Program-made: the position numbers and the translations under genes
Source: Clostridiales bacterium
GTDB taxonomy: Bacteria > Bacillota > Clostridia > Oscillospirales > CAG-272
DNA length: 64,000 bases
Assembly: GCA_012727435.1 (NCBI GenBank)
Contig: JAAYHB010000015.1
Coordinates: 107,197-171,196 of the forward strand
Reading direction: 5' to 3'
Notes under the pieces: generated by a model
The model's database searches: none
Told to the model about the DNA's origin: nothing
What the model saw: only the letters and a program-made list of their open reading frames with translations
Shown: positions 44,493 to 53,745 of the stretch, one piece after another
Layout of the letters: each line of letters begins with the position of its first letter
How positions within the stretch are numbered: position 1 is the first letter of the stretch

Positions 44493-46184
44493 GTGCTGAT
44501 GGATAATCAAACAGAAAACACTCAAGCCGCAAGAAAACGCGGGCCGGTCAGAGACTTTGCAAATCTGCCCGAAGGGTTTCTTGAGCGCTTAAGACTTGAC
44601 GCCGGGCTTGATATGCCGGTCCACATACTCAGGCAACTTCAGCGCCATTATCAGAGCAACGAGAGGCGCGAGCCGCTCTACGACGAGCTGTATTTTCTCG
44701 ACAGGTATCTCGCTACACGCCGCGCCGGCGATATTCCGGTCTCGGAGTTGCTTACAAACGAACAGTATATAGCCGAAACCTATGCCGACCTCCTTGCCAA
44801 GCGCGACTCAATAAACCGGAACATGACACCCCTCACACCGGATATGGCTTCTCGTATCGTAGGGCGGTATCTCGAGCGTTCGGGCAGACGACCCGACCTT
44901 GACCGGCGCGTCGTAATTGCCGCCGGGGAGGACACCGAGCTCCGCCTGATACTGGGGGGTGTGCACCCCATGGCTGTCACCGACTATGGCGCGGCAGGAT
45001 TTTTGCAGCTGCCAGAGCCCAAACCGGGGAACATACTGATAATTCTCTGCCCCGCTCCGGGCATGACCCGGGGAGTTTTCACGGCGGCGGTCGTCAGGGT
45101 CCTGCAGGCGTCGGGGGTCGGCCTGCCGCGCGGCGCGGTTGTCGGCAGAGCCGGCATAGCCGGTGCCGTCGCCGGGCTTTTTGAAGGTGCGCATGTCAAC
45201 CTCATGGCCATTCCTGGATTGTCGGCTCCCTGTGAGCTTGAGGAGCTCTGCGGATCGGCGCACGGCGCCGTGCTGATTGCTACTGAGCCTTCACGCTCGG
45301 GCAGCATACTTGCGGCTGCCGCAGCAGAAAACCTGCCGGCGGCGACGGCAGGCGGCATCCTCTATAACAACAAGCTCATGGTCAAATACAGCCTGAGTAT
45401 CCCGGTGTCGCTCAGCATGGATTTAATCTACAAACCTGCCCGCTACCCTGCCGAAAAATACATCGTGAGAGAGCAAAAGCGAGCCGAAATCAGCAATATT
45501 GTCACCTCACGCTGCCATGACCCCGCCTCGGGTCTGCTTCTTGCAACAGCTCACTCTCCGGGGAACTGTGATCCGTTTTTCATGTCGCATGACACCGTCT
45601 TGACGGCGGTTGCCGGATGCGTGGCCGGCGGCGCCGACTTTACCGGGGTTTCGCTCTCGCTGTGCGGCAGTATCCCCGCCGAGTGTTCGGAGCCGCAGGC
45701 GCGGGGCGACATACTCGCGCTCATCCTCGGAGCCTACCGCGCACAGATTGAATACTGCCTGCCCGACGCCGGGAGCCTCTACACCTTTTCGGAGCAGGGC
45801 TTCAGTTTTACCGCTGCCGCTGCCGCCCTGCCTGAAGGCAAATTAATCCCCGCCACCTTCAGAAAGCCCGGCAGCAGGGTTTATCTCCTGTCACCTGCCA
45901 CGAGGCCAGACGGTCTGCCCGACTATGAGGAACTGCGCCGCATATGGAGATATGTTGCGGATATCGGCCGGGCTGGTCTTGTCAGCTCAGCGGCAGCCAT
46001 TGGCGCTGACGGGGCAGCCGGGGCAATACGCGCGATGAGCGGGGATGTCGTATTCGAGCCGGCTGATAACACTGATTTGTTGCAAAAGCCCATGCCGGGC
46101 GGCATAATAATCGAGTCAGACGCCCTGCTTGAAGGCGTCCGCCTCGGGAAAACAAAGCCGGCAGGCGGGTATATCAGCATATGA
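44493..46184 (+). CDS. PurL (FGAM synthase)-like protein lacking recognisable catalytic motifs
   Basis: The protein is 563 aa. Its N-terminus parallels the FGAR-AT linker: LDMPVHILRQLQRHYQSNERREPLYDELYFLDRYLATRR compares with the usual ..DL.F.Q.YF....R.PT..E...IDTYWSDHCRH. I cannot see the SDHCRH or HNHPT motifs. The rest is Ala/Gly-rich and AIR-synthase-like. Confidence 0.5.
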   Translation: MLMDNQTENTQAARKRGPVRDFANLPEGFLERLRLDAGLDMPVHILRQLQRHYQSNERREPLYDELYFLDRYLATRRAGDIPVSELLTNEQYIAETYADLLAKRDSINRNMTPLTPDMASRIVGRYLERSGRRPDLDRRVVIAAGEDTELRLILGGVHPMAVTDYGAAGFLQLPEPKPGNILIILCPAPGMTRGVFTAAVVRVLQASGVGLPRGAVVGRAGIAGAVAGLFEGAHVNLMAIPGLSAPCELEELCGSAHGAVLIATEPSRSGSILAAAAAENLPAATAGGILYNNKLMVKYSLSIPVSLSMDLIYKPARYPAEKYIVREQKRAEISNIVTSRCHDPASGLLLATAHSPGNCDPFFMSHDTVLTAVAGCVAGGADFTGVSLSLCGSIPAECSEPQARGDILALILGAYRAQIEYCLPDAGSLYTFSEQGFSFTAAAAALPEGKLIPATFRKPGSRVYLLSPATRPDGLPDYEELRRIWRYVADIGRAGLVSSAAAIGADGAAGAIRAMSGDVVFEPADNTDLLQKPMPGGIIIESDALLEGVRLGKTKPAGGYISI

Positions 46185-46207
46185 CGTCATGTTTTTTGCA
46201 AAAACCC

Positions 46208-46236
46208 TTGCATTTTGAATATGCGTGTGCTATAAT
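46208..46236 (+). promoter_or_regulatory. Promoter for rpmB
   Basis: TTGCAT, a 17-nt spacer ending in TGC (extended -10), then TATAAT. Confidence 0.55.
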
Positions 46237-46299
46237 AGCTCCTGCTGTGTGCTTTTTCAATTCATCATGTGCATCTGTGTGCACCGGGGAGGTGTTAGA

Positions 46300-46485
46300 A
46301 TGGCAAAGTGCTGTGTTTGCGGAAAAGGCGTGACCTTCGGTCAAAACGTCTCCCACTCAAACCGCAAGACCAACAGAGCTTGGAAACCCAATATCCGCAA
46401 AGTCAGAGCAATCGTTGACGGAACCCCTATGACCGTCAAGGTTTGTGCTCGCTGCCTGCGTTCAGGCAAAGTAAGCCGCGCCTGA
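46300..46485 (+). CDS. rpmB: 50S ribosomal protein L28
   Basis: The ORF was trimmed to ATG 46300, with GGGGAGGTG upstream. The sequence is MAKCCVCGKGVTFGQNVSHSNRKTNRAWKPNIRKVRAIV..., 61 aa. Confidence 0.93.
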   Translation: MAKCCVCGKGVTFGQNVSHSNRKTNRAWKPNIRKVRAIVDGTPMTVKVCARCLRSGKVSRA

Positions 46486-46509
46486 ATATATTATGGTTTC
46501 AGCCGAAGG

Positions 46510-46546
46510 GACGGCAGACATCGGAAATGTCTGCCGTCTTTTTTTT
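46510..46546 (+). terminator. Intrinsic terminator of rpmB
   Basis: GACGGCAGACAT-cggaa-ATGTCTGCCGTC is followed by TTTTTTTT. Confidence 0.85.
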
Positions 46547-46709
46547 GCTTCTTTGATTATTATATCAAGTGCAAGGGATAAAAAAGATAGAAATTCGATA
46601 GGAAATTTCTTAATAATGGTAAATTATATGTAATTCTTGAAAATAGTCGCTTCACTCATTTTAGCATAAAAAAAGAAAGCCTACCGGCTCAAAATGATAT
46701 CGGATAACC

Positions 46710-46738
46710 TTGACAATTTTAATAGACAATGTTATATT
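46710..46738 (+). promoter_or_regulatory. Promoter for the second SBP lipoprotein gene
   Basis: TTGACA, a 17-nt spacer, then TATATT, within an AT-rich intergenic region. The leader is about 100 nt. Confidence 0.5.
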
Positions 46739-46840
46739 AAATGTGTATGCAGCGCCGATTCCTATATGTCATGACAAAACACGGAAAAAGTCAACATATT
46801 TTACACAGAAGCGCAAGCTTCTAAGCAAAAGGAGTCTGCT

Positions 46841-48313
46841 ATGAAAAGAATAGTCATTTTTCTGCTTGTTCTTCTTCTGATTGTCCCGATCGTGGCCTGC
46901 GCCAAACCGAGCGACAATACCCCGGCCGACTCCACTACCGTCGGGGAACAGGACGGGACAGATTCCACCGAAGAGACCGCCTCCCCCAACGAAGCCGATG
47001 ACCTCGGAAATCCCGACTTCAACAACGCTGTCTTTAATATTCTAACCAGGAAAAGCACCTCCTACGAGATTAAAAGCGACCAGATAATCGGCGACCTTGT
47101 GCCCGACGCCGTTTATGACCGCAATGTAACCATCGAAGACCGCTTTAATGTTCAATTCAATATTATTGAGCTCCCCGGCGACTGGGGTGACCGCGACGGA
47201 TTCATGGCGGCCGTCCAAAACAACGTCGCCTCCGGCCTCCATGACTATGACCTTGTGCTCACCCATTCGGCCTATATCGTCAATATTGCGGCCAAAGGCT
47301 GCGGCTACGATATGAGTCTGCTTGACAATATTAACTTCGACAAAAAGTGGTGGTGCCGCAAATATGTCGACAATGCCTCGATGTACGGCCGCTATTACAC
47401 CGCCATGGGAGATATCTGCTACACACTCTATGCGTATATGTCCTGCGTATTTTTCAATAAATCGCTGGCTGAAAGCGTCGATTTGCCCGACCTGTATGAG
47501 CTTGTCCAGAACGGAACCTGGACACTTGAAAAGCTCAAGCAATACGCCTTCCTTGTCGGCCAAGACCTTGACGGCAACGGAATTTACAACGAAAAAGACC
47601 GCTTCGGCCTCGGCATTAACAACCACTTCTGCCGGATGACCGCCACCTTCTGGGATGCCAAAATAACCGTGCTGGGCAGCGACGGCAAGCATGCAATAAA
47701 TCTGCCCAACGAAAAATATTATGCAATTTACGAAACGCTCTTCGACCTCGTGCACAACCATAAGGAAAACGTCTTCTTTGCCGACGAGGGTTCGGTTATC
47801 CAAACCAACATGTTTATAAACGACCAATTGCTCTTTTATACCGAAACCCTACGGAACGCCGCCACAATGAAGGATATGCAGTCGGAATACGGGATACTGC
47901 CGATTCCCAAATACGACGAGCAGCAGGAAAATTACATATCTTCGGCGCGCGACTTCATGACGGCAATCCTGATTCTTGTCGACATAACCCGGCCCGATAT
48001 GGTCGGGACGATAACCGAGGCACTGTGCATGTACGGTTATCAGAAAATTACACCGGCATATTATGAGACAACTTTAAAATACAAGTACTTGAGCGACCCG
48101 GTAGCCATGCAGATGCTTGACCTCATCCGCGACACCATGACATTTGAGTTTGCCGCAATATACACCAACTCAATTAACCTCATTTATTCCACGCTCGGAA
48201 CACACGTAAGGGACGGCACCAAGAGCATAGCCACGCTTGTAAAGGCAAATTCAAAGGTGTGGCAAAAGTCAATAGACATACTTTACGAGGATTTTGCAAA
48301 AATCATCAATTAA
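46841..48313 (+). CDS. Extracellular solute-binding lipoprotein, paralog of 35240..36733, orphan
   Basis: AAAAGGAG lies upstream of the start. The signal peptide has the lipobox IVAC, followed by a Thr/Asp/Glu-rich linker and the SBP body. Confidence 0.8.
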   Translation: MKRIVIFLLVLLLIVPIVACAKPSDNTPADSTTVGEQDGTDSTEETASPNEADDLGNPDFNNAVFNILTRKSTSYEIKSDQIIGDLVPDAVYDRNVTIEDRFNVQFNIIELPGDWGDRDGFMAAVQNNVASGLHDYDLVLTHSAYIVNIAAKGCGYDMSLLDNINFDKKWWCRKYVDNASMYGRYYTAMGDICYTLYAYMSCVFFNKSLAESVDLPDLYELVQNGTWTLEKLKQYAFLVGQDLDGNGIYNEKDRFGLGINNHFCRMTATFWDAKITVLGSDGKHAINLPNEKYYAIYETLFDLVHNHKENVFFADEGSVIQTNMFINDQLLFYTETLRNAATMKDMQSEYGILPIPKYDEQQENYISSARDFMTAILILVDITRPDMVGTITEALCMYGYQKITPAYYETTLKYKYLSDPVAMQMLDLIRDTMTFEFAAIYTNSINLIYSTLGTHVRDGTKSIATLVKANSKVWQKSIDILYEDFAKIIN

Positions 48314-48490
48314 CTTCAATTCATCCGGGACTCCGGCACCACCCCGCTAAAGGGATTTCTTAAACACTCTTTGTCAGCAAGTGGGATAAGGAAATTCTGA
48401 AAAGCTTCTTAACCGCCTGCCTTGCAAATGCCTCAGAAGTGTCCGGAGGAAGTTTTGTCAATAATTCTTGCGCTTTACTTTTCTGTCTAA

Positions 48491-48521
48491 AAATTTTTAG
48501 GGGCCCGCAGGCGGGGCCCCC
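48491..48521. terminator. GC hairpin shared by the convergent SBP gene and dxs
   Basis: GGGGCCCGC-ag-GCGGGGCCCC abuts the dxs stop codon, with AAAAATTTTT on the other side. Confidence 0.5.
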
Positions 48522-50396
48522 TTAACTATCCATAATTTTTCTCGCCACAGATTCGGCGTCAATGCCGAAGAACTCGAAAATCGGCCGGGGGGAGGTTTGC
48601 CTTGCAAAGGGGTTGTCCAGCGCTATTATAAGATGCTCCGAATTGTTAAAATACCCCTGCCGTCTTATGGCGTCCGAGAGCAATATCCCCATGCCGCCGG
48701 CGCGGATTTCTTCTTCAAGAAACACGATTATCCGGGGCTTGCCGCTGATTGCTTCTGCCAGCCCGGCCGCTATCTCGTCATAGGGTGTCAGCCGCTCGAG
48801 CAGTACAGTACCGGCCTTTATACCGGCATTTTTTAGTATCCGGCAGGCCCCCACTGCTTCGGCGGCAATTCTTCCGTGGGATACAATCACGACCTCAGGG
48901 TCCTTCGGCATTGAGCGGCCAGTGACAATATGCCGGCCGGCAGGCTGTCCTGAATAGAACTCGCCGATTATTCTCGGGTCCTCGCCGCCTGCCGGGTACC
49001 TCACCGCACAGGGACAGCCGGCGGCAACCGCCTCTTTCAGCGCCCGCTCGAGCGCTTCGAAGGTCGCCGGGGTATAGATTCTCACGCCCGGCAGCCCAGA
49101 CAAAAAAGCCACGTCGAACACCCCGGCATGCGTCACCCCGTCTGCCGGGTTGAGCCCTGCCCGGTCGATGCACATTATCACCGGCAGCCGCTGCAGGGCG
49201 ATGTCGTGGATTATGCTGTCAAAACCGCGTTGCAGAAAGGTCGAATATATGGCGACCACCGGGATTTTCCCGGCTGCCGCAAGCCCGGCGGCAAAGGTCA
49301 GGGCGTGCGCCTCGGCTATCCCGACGTCAAAAAACCTCTCGGGACAGGCTTTTCTGAAGGCTTCCAGTCCGGTACCGTAGCTCATCGCGGCGGTAATTGC
49401 CGTGATTCTTTGGTCGGCTTTCGCAAGAGAGCAAAGGATTCTGCCGCACTCGGTCGAATATGTCGCACCCGGCGGGGTCTCGCTGGCCGGCGGCAGGTTA
49501 TGATAGAGCAGCGGCTCGGCCTCGGCCGGAGGATAGCCCTTGCCCTTTTTTGTTTTTATGTGGAGAATCACGCTCTCGCCCAGCTTCTTGGCCTCGCGCA
49601 AAAGGGTCTCGACCTGCTCCTCGTCATGCCCGTCGGCCGGGCCGAGATAATAAAGCCCCAGATCCTCAAAATAATTGCTGCCGTACATTATGTTCTTCAG
49701 CAGTTTTTTTGTGTCCCTTATCAGCTCAAAAAGCCGCCGGCCGACAAACGGGATTCTTTTGATAATCCGCCCGGTTGTCAGCTTTGTCTGAAAGTACCCC
49801 GGCTTTGAGCGCAGCTTAACAAGGCAGCGCGCGAACCTTCCGGTGTTTTTTGATATCGACATCTCGTTTTCGTTGATGACGATAATAAGCCTCAGGTCCC
49901 GCTCGCAGTTGTTGAGCGCTTCGTGAATCATCCCGCCGGTATAGGCGCCGTCCCCAACCACCGCGACGGTATAGGCGTCAGAACCGTTTAACTTCTCGGC
50001 CTCGGCGAACCCCAGCGCGGCGGATAGCGAGGTTGAGCTGTGCCCCGCGCCGAAGCAGTCGTGCTCGCTTTCGTCGCGCGAGGTAAATCCCGACAGGCCG
50101 CCGCCCTGCCGCAGAGTCGCAAATCGCTCGCGCCTTCCGGTCAGGATTTTATGCACATAACTCTGGTGTCCGACATCCCATATAATATGGTCGCGCGGCG
50201 AATCAAAGACGCGGTGCAGTGCAATGCTAAGCTCAATCACCCCGAGATTTGAGGCAAGATGCCCGCCGGTTTTGCTGACATTCTCGACCAAAAAGCCGCG
50301 TATCTCGGCCGCAAGCGATTTCAGCTCGGGCTGGGTCAGTTTTTTTATGTCACATGGCGAGTTAATCGTGCTAAGTATCGGGTATTTATTGCTCAT
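48522..50396 (-). CDS. dxs: 1-deoxy-D-xylulose-5-phosphate synthase
   Basis: Motifs seen are GGHLASNLGVIELSIALH, DVGHQSYVHKILTGR and GDGAYTGGM. The start is uncertain, either ATG 50396 or TTG 50414, and neither has a good Shine-Dalgarno site. Confidence 0.92.
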   Translation of the reverse strand: MSNKYPILSTINSPCDIKKLTQPELKSLAAEIRGFLVENVSKTGGHLASNLGVIELSIALHRVFDSPRDHIIWDVGHQSYVHKILTGRRERFATLRQGGGLSGFTSRDESEHDCFGAGHSSTSLSAALGFAEAEKLNGSDAYTVAVVGDGAYTGGMIHEALNNCERDLRLIIVINENEMSISKNTGRFARCLVKLRSKPGYFQTKLTTGRIIKRIPFVGRRLFELIRDTKKLLKNIMYGSNYFEDLGLYYLGPADGHDEEQVETLLREAKKLGESVILHIKTKKGKGYPPAEAEPLLYHNLPPASETPPGATYSTECGRILCSLAKADQRITAITAAMSYGTGLEAFRKACPERFFDVGIAEAHALTFAAGLAAAGKIPVVAIYSTFLQRGFDSIIHDIALQRLPVIMCIDRAGLNPADGVTHAGVFDVAFLSGLPGVRIYTPATFEALERALKEAVAAGCPCAVRYPAGGEDPRIIGEFYSGQPAGRHIVTGRSMPKDPEVVIVSHGRIAAEAVGACRILKNAGIKAGTVLLERLTPYDEIAAGLAEAISGKPRIIVFLEEEIRAGGMGILLSDAIRRQGYFNNSEHLIIALDNPFARQTSPRPIFEFFGIDAESVARKIMDS

Positions 50397-50529
50397 TTGT
50401 GATTCGTTTTTCAATTTCCGGTTCCCCGCAGAATTTTATGTAATTATTATAGCACACTTTCGCGCATCTGAAAAGACACACAATAAACCCCGGTCTTATG
50501 CCGAGGGCTCCCGAAAAAGGCCCTACCCC

Positions 50530-50558
50530 TTGACAAAACCTCATGAGTCCGTTATACT
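50530..50558 (+). promoter_or_regulatory. Promoter for the CNNM gene pair
   Basis: TTGACA, a 17-nt spacer, then TATACT. Confidence 0.55.
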
Positions 50559-50612
50559 TATTAACATAAATAACAACCGCTCAGGTTTAACAAGAGGAGA
50601 TGATACGTCTAA

Positions 50613-51956
50613 ATGGACGGCGACGGTAGTTGGCGATTAATACTGGCTTTTATTACATTTGTGGTTTTCTGCGCGTATTTTGCGGGCACCGAAAGCGCTT
50701 TTTCGGCCATGAACAAAATCCGCATGAAAAACCGCGCGGACGACGGCGACAAAAAGGCCAAGAAAGCCCTGTATATCGTCAACAATTTCGAGGATGCCAT
50801 CACCACTATTCTGATAGGCAACAACATATCAAAAATAGCCGCCTCATCTATCGCGACGGTGCTGACATTGCGACTGCTCAGCGCCGGAAGATTCGGTAAC
50901 ATCGACAACGATGCGATGACGGCCCTCACAACCGTAATAACCACGGCGATTGTATTTCTCTTCGGCGAAATGATACCGAAGGCTTTTGCCAACGACCGCA
51001 GCGACACGATGTCCCGTGCCTGCGCCGGTTCATTGCGCTTTTTAATGAAGATATTTACACCGCTTGTGGCTTTTTTCTCTTTAATCACAAAAGCAGTCTC
51101 AAAAATCTTTGCAGTCGAGAAGACTCCCTCAATCACCGAGGATGAGCTTTATGACATCATAGACACCGCCGAGGAAGAGGGTGTCATGGACGAGGAACAG
51201 AGCGACCTTCTCAAATCGGCGCTCGAGTTTTCGGACATCACGGCCGCCGATATAATGACCGTTCGTGACGATATTTATGCCATTGACATCAGCACGCCGA
51301 ACGAGGAGATTGTCAAAAAAATCCTTGAGACCAAGTACTCGCGCATCCCGGTCTACAAGGGGAGCCTCGACAATATCGTCGGCACCCTTCAGATAAGGAA
51401 CTTTCTCAAGGCATATATGAAGAACCCCAAGGTCGACATCAAAAAGCAGCTGACCGAGCCTTACTTCGTGCGCGACAACGCCAAAATTGACGATCTGCTC
51501 TCGACAATGAGGCAAAAGAAGATTTATCTTGCCTTTGTCACCGACGAAGAAAACCGGGTGCTCGGGATCGTCACCATCGAGGACTTTCTTGAGGAGCTGG
51601 TCGGCGAGATATGGGACGAGGACGACGTTGTGGATTCGAACTTTGTAAAGCTCGGCGGCAACCGGTATCAGGTCAGCACCAACCTGCCGGTCGGCGAAGC
51701 CTTCGCCAAAATGGGCCTCTCCTGCCCCAGCACCGAAATGGCCTCGCAGCCGGTCATTTCCTGGGTTCTTGAATCCTTCGGCAGGTTCCCCGAGGAGGAG
51801 GACAGCTTCAGGTACAACAACCTTGAGGTCTCGGTCGAGGAAATTGAGGACGGCAAAATAAGCAACGTAATAATCAAGGTAGATGCCGAGAGCAGGCCCG
51901 CACACGGCACTCCGGGCGGCGAGTGCATGCAGCCGGCACATGGGGGGAGTGTCTGA
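50613..51956 (+). CDS. CNNM/CorC/TlyC-family protein (DUF21, CBS pair, CorC_HlyC)
   Basis: Motifs seen are FFAGTESAFSA, GNN.SKI, the CBS region IMTVRDDI and IVTIEDFLEELVGEIWDEDD. Confidence 0.85.
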   Translation: MDGDGSWRLILAFITFVVFCAYFAGTESAFSAMNKIRMKNRADDGDKKAKKALYIVNNFEDAITTILIGNNISKIAASSIATVLTLRLLSAGRFGNIDNDAMTALTTVITTAIVFLFGEMIPKAFANDRSDTMSRACAGSLRFLMKIFTPLVAFFSLITKAVSKIFAVEKTPSITEDELYDIIDTAEEEGVMDEEQSDLLKSALEFSDITAADIMTVRDDIYAIDISTPNEEIVKKILETKYSRIPVYKGSLDNIVGTLQIRNFLKAYMKNPKVDIKKQLTEPYFVRDNAKIDDLLSTMRQKKIYLAFVTDEENRVLGIVTIEDFLEELVGEIWDEDDVVDSNFVKLGGNRYQVSTNLPVGEAFAKMGLSCPSTEMASQPVISWVLESFGRFPEEEDSFRYNNLEVSVEEIEDGKISNVIIKVDAESRPAHGTPGGECMQPAHGGSV

Positions 51957-51957
51957 T

Positions 51958-53253
51958 ATGTGGCCGTATATTGCAATAGTAGTGATGATTGTGCTGTCAG
52001 CCTTCTTTTCGGGGTCTGAAATAGCCTTCAACACCTCAAACAAGCTGCGCCTGAAAAAAAGAGCCGAGGCCGGCGAGAAAACCGCGGCCATGGCATATAG
52101 GATCAGCGAAAACTTCACCACGGCGCTCTCGACGATTCTTATCGGGAACAACCTGGTCAACCTCGGCGCCTCGGCAATAACGACGGTCATCACCGTAAAC
52201 CTGCTGCTGGCGCTCGGGCTCGGGAAAGGGTCCGACACGCTGGCCTCGCTCATCGCCACCTTTGTAATGACCATTATTATCCTTATCTTCGGGGAAATCG
52301 TCCCGAAGGTCCTCGGAAAGCAGCATGCCGACGTGGTGGTGCGCTGGGTCGCATATCCTATCCGGATACTTACAATCATTCTCTACCCCGTCATATTCAT
52401 AATCATGCTGCCGGTGAACCTGTTGCGCCGTCTTTGGGGGAAAGACAACGGCGGCGAGCAGCCGACGGTTACCGAGGAGGATCTCTCCTCGATTATCGAC
52501 ACGGTCGAGGAGGAGGGGGTCATCGACGAGGATAAAAGCGAGCTGCTCCAGTCGACGCTCACCTTCAAAGATACCACGGTCGAGGAGATTATGACCCCGA
52601 GAATCGACCTTGTCACAATCGACATCAACGACGAGCCCGAAGTTATCTCGGGGACCATCGAAAAATCACGCTTCTCGCGTATTCCGGTGTACGAGGATTC
52701 GATTGACAACATCATCGGCGTGCTCTACCTCAACCACTACTATAAAAACGCAGTGCGCGAAAACAAGGCCGCGCTGCATGATATACTGATTCCGCCCTGC
52801 TTCATCCACAAGACCATGCGCCTGCCGGCCGCCCTCAACGTGCTGCGCGAAAAGCAGACTCATCTGGCGATTGTCATCGACGAGTTCGGTGGCACGCTGG
52901 GTATCGTCACCATGGAGGACATTCTTGAGGAGCTGGTCGGGGACATCTGGGATGAGAGCGACGAGGTTGTCGACATGATAACCAAGACCGGCGAGTCGAC
53001 ATACGAGGTCAACGGCGACATGAATATCGACGACCTGTTCGAATACCTCGACATTCCCTCAAAGGGCTTTGAATGCGATTATTCGACGGTCGGAGGCTGG
53101 GCAATTGAAGCGCTCAATGCCGACCCGCACATCGGGGACACCTTTTCCTACAAGAACCTGCTCGTGGTTGTCTCGGGTATGGACGATATGCGCGTCACCA
53201 AGGTGATGGTGCTGGTCAAGCCGCCCGAGGAAGAAGACGAGGACGAAGAATAA
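51958..53253 (+). CDS. CNNM/CorC/TlyC-family protein, tandem paralog
   Basis: The ORF was trimmed to ATG 51958 (MWPYIAIVVM..), with GGGGGGAG upstream and 1 nt after the previous stop. Motifs seen are FFSGSEIAFNT, IMTPRIDL and IVTMEDILEELVGDIWDESD. The tail is acidic. Confidence 0.85.
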   Translation: MWPYIAIVVMIVLSAFFSGSEIAFNTSNKLRLKKRAEAGEKTAAMAYRISENFTTALSTILIGNNLVNLGASAITTVITVNLLLALGLGKGSDTLASLIATFVMTIIILIFGEIVPKVLGKQHADVVVRWVAYPIRILTIILYPVIFIIMLPVNLLRRLWGKDNGGEQPTVTEEDLSSIIDTVEEEGVIDEDKSELLQSTLTFKDTTVEEIMTPRIDLVTIDINDEPEVISGTIEKSRFSRIPVYEDSIDNIIGVLYLNHYYKNAVRENKAALHDILIPPCFIHKTMRLPAALNVLREKQTHLAIVIDEFGGTLGIVTMEDILEELVGDIWDESDEVVDMITKTGESTYEVNGDMNIDDLFEYLDIPSKGFECDYSTVGGWAIEALNADPHIGDTFSYKNLLVVVSGMDDMRVTKVMVLVKPPEEEDEDEE

Positions 53254-53284
53254 TACAGTTTGTTCAAAAAATGAGTATCTGCTC

Positions 53285-53313
53285 TTGACAAACCGCTTCC
53301 GCTGTGATATACT
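53285..53313 (+). promoter_or_regulatory. Promoter for ylxM-ffh-rpsP
   Basis: TTGACA, a 17-nt spacer ending in TGA (extended -10), then TATACT. The -10 element touches the 5' arm of the hairpin that follows. Confidence 0.5.
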
Positions 53314-53344
53314 GTGTAAAGCATTTTGCTTTACACAGTTTTTT
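53312..53344 (+). terminator. Perfect intrinsic terminator (of the upstream CNNM gene) overlapping the ylxM promoter region
   Basis: CTGTGTAAAGC-atttt-GCTTTACACAG forms an 11-bp perfect stem and is followed by TTTTTT. Confidence 0.7.
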
Positions 53345-53387
53345 ATGCCGGGCAGTTTATTACGCAATCCGAAGGGTTATTGCCAAG

Positions 53388-53717
53388 GTGTTTGAGAAGG
53401 ATTTGTATATCGGCTTTTTGCTCGATTTTTACGGTGATCTGCTGGGCGAGCACAAGCGCGAGGCGCTCTCGATGTATTTCAACGAGGACCTATCGCTCTC
53501 CGAGATAGCCGAGGTCATGGGAATATCACGGCAGGGTGTGCGCAATATCATCAAAAAAGCCGGGGATGAACTGCTTTTTTACGAGGAAAAGCTCGGGCTC
53601 GCCGGGCGCTTCAGGGAACTCAGAGAAACCGCCGACAGGATTTGCGCCATGAGCCGGCAGTGTGATTTGCCCGAGGAACTCCGCCGCGAAATAGAGCACC
53701 TCTCCTCACTGGTATAG
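53388..53717 (+). CDS. ylxM: YlxM/UPF0122 putative HTH protein preceding ffh
   Basis: I chose the GTG start at 53388, which gives about 109 aa. The sequence (V)FEKDLYIGFLLDFYGDLLGEHKREALSMYFNEDLSLSEIAEVMGISRQGV matches the YlxM pattern. The longer track ORF would run through the terminator. Confidence 0.8.
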   Translation: MFEKDLYIGFLLDFYGDLLGEHKREALSMYFNEDLSLSEIAEVMGISRQGVRNIIKKAGDELLFYEEKLGLAGRFRELRETADRICAMSRQCDLPEELRREIEHLSSLV

Positions 53718-53745
53718 AACCGGCGTTTTTTCAGAAGGAGGAACA

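Noticed and set aside
46225-46299. 25-codon extension of the rpmB ORF
   Set aside because: It overlaps the promoter -10 region. GGGGAGGTG precedes ATG 46300, which gives the canonical 61-aa L28 starting MAK.
51129-52379. 416-aa ORF on the minus strand
   Set aside because: It is antisense to the two CNNM genes and spans their junction. It has no start signals.
53304-53387. N-terminal extension of the ylxM ORF (track start 53304)
   Set aside because: It would be translated through a perfect terminator hairpin and T-run. YlxM homologs begin near the FEKDLY.. position.
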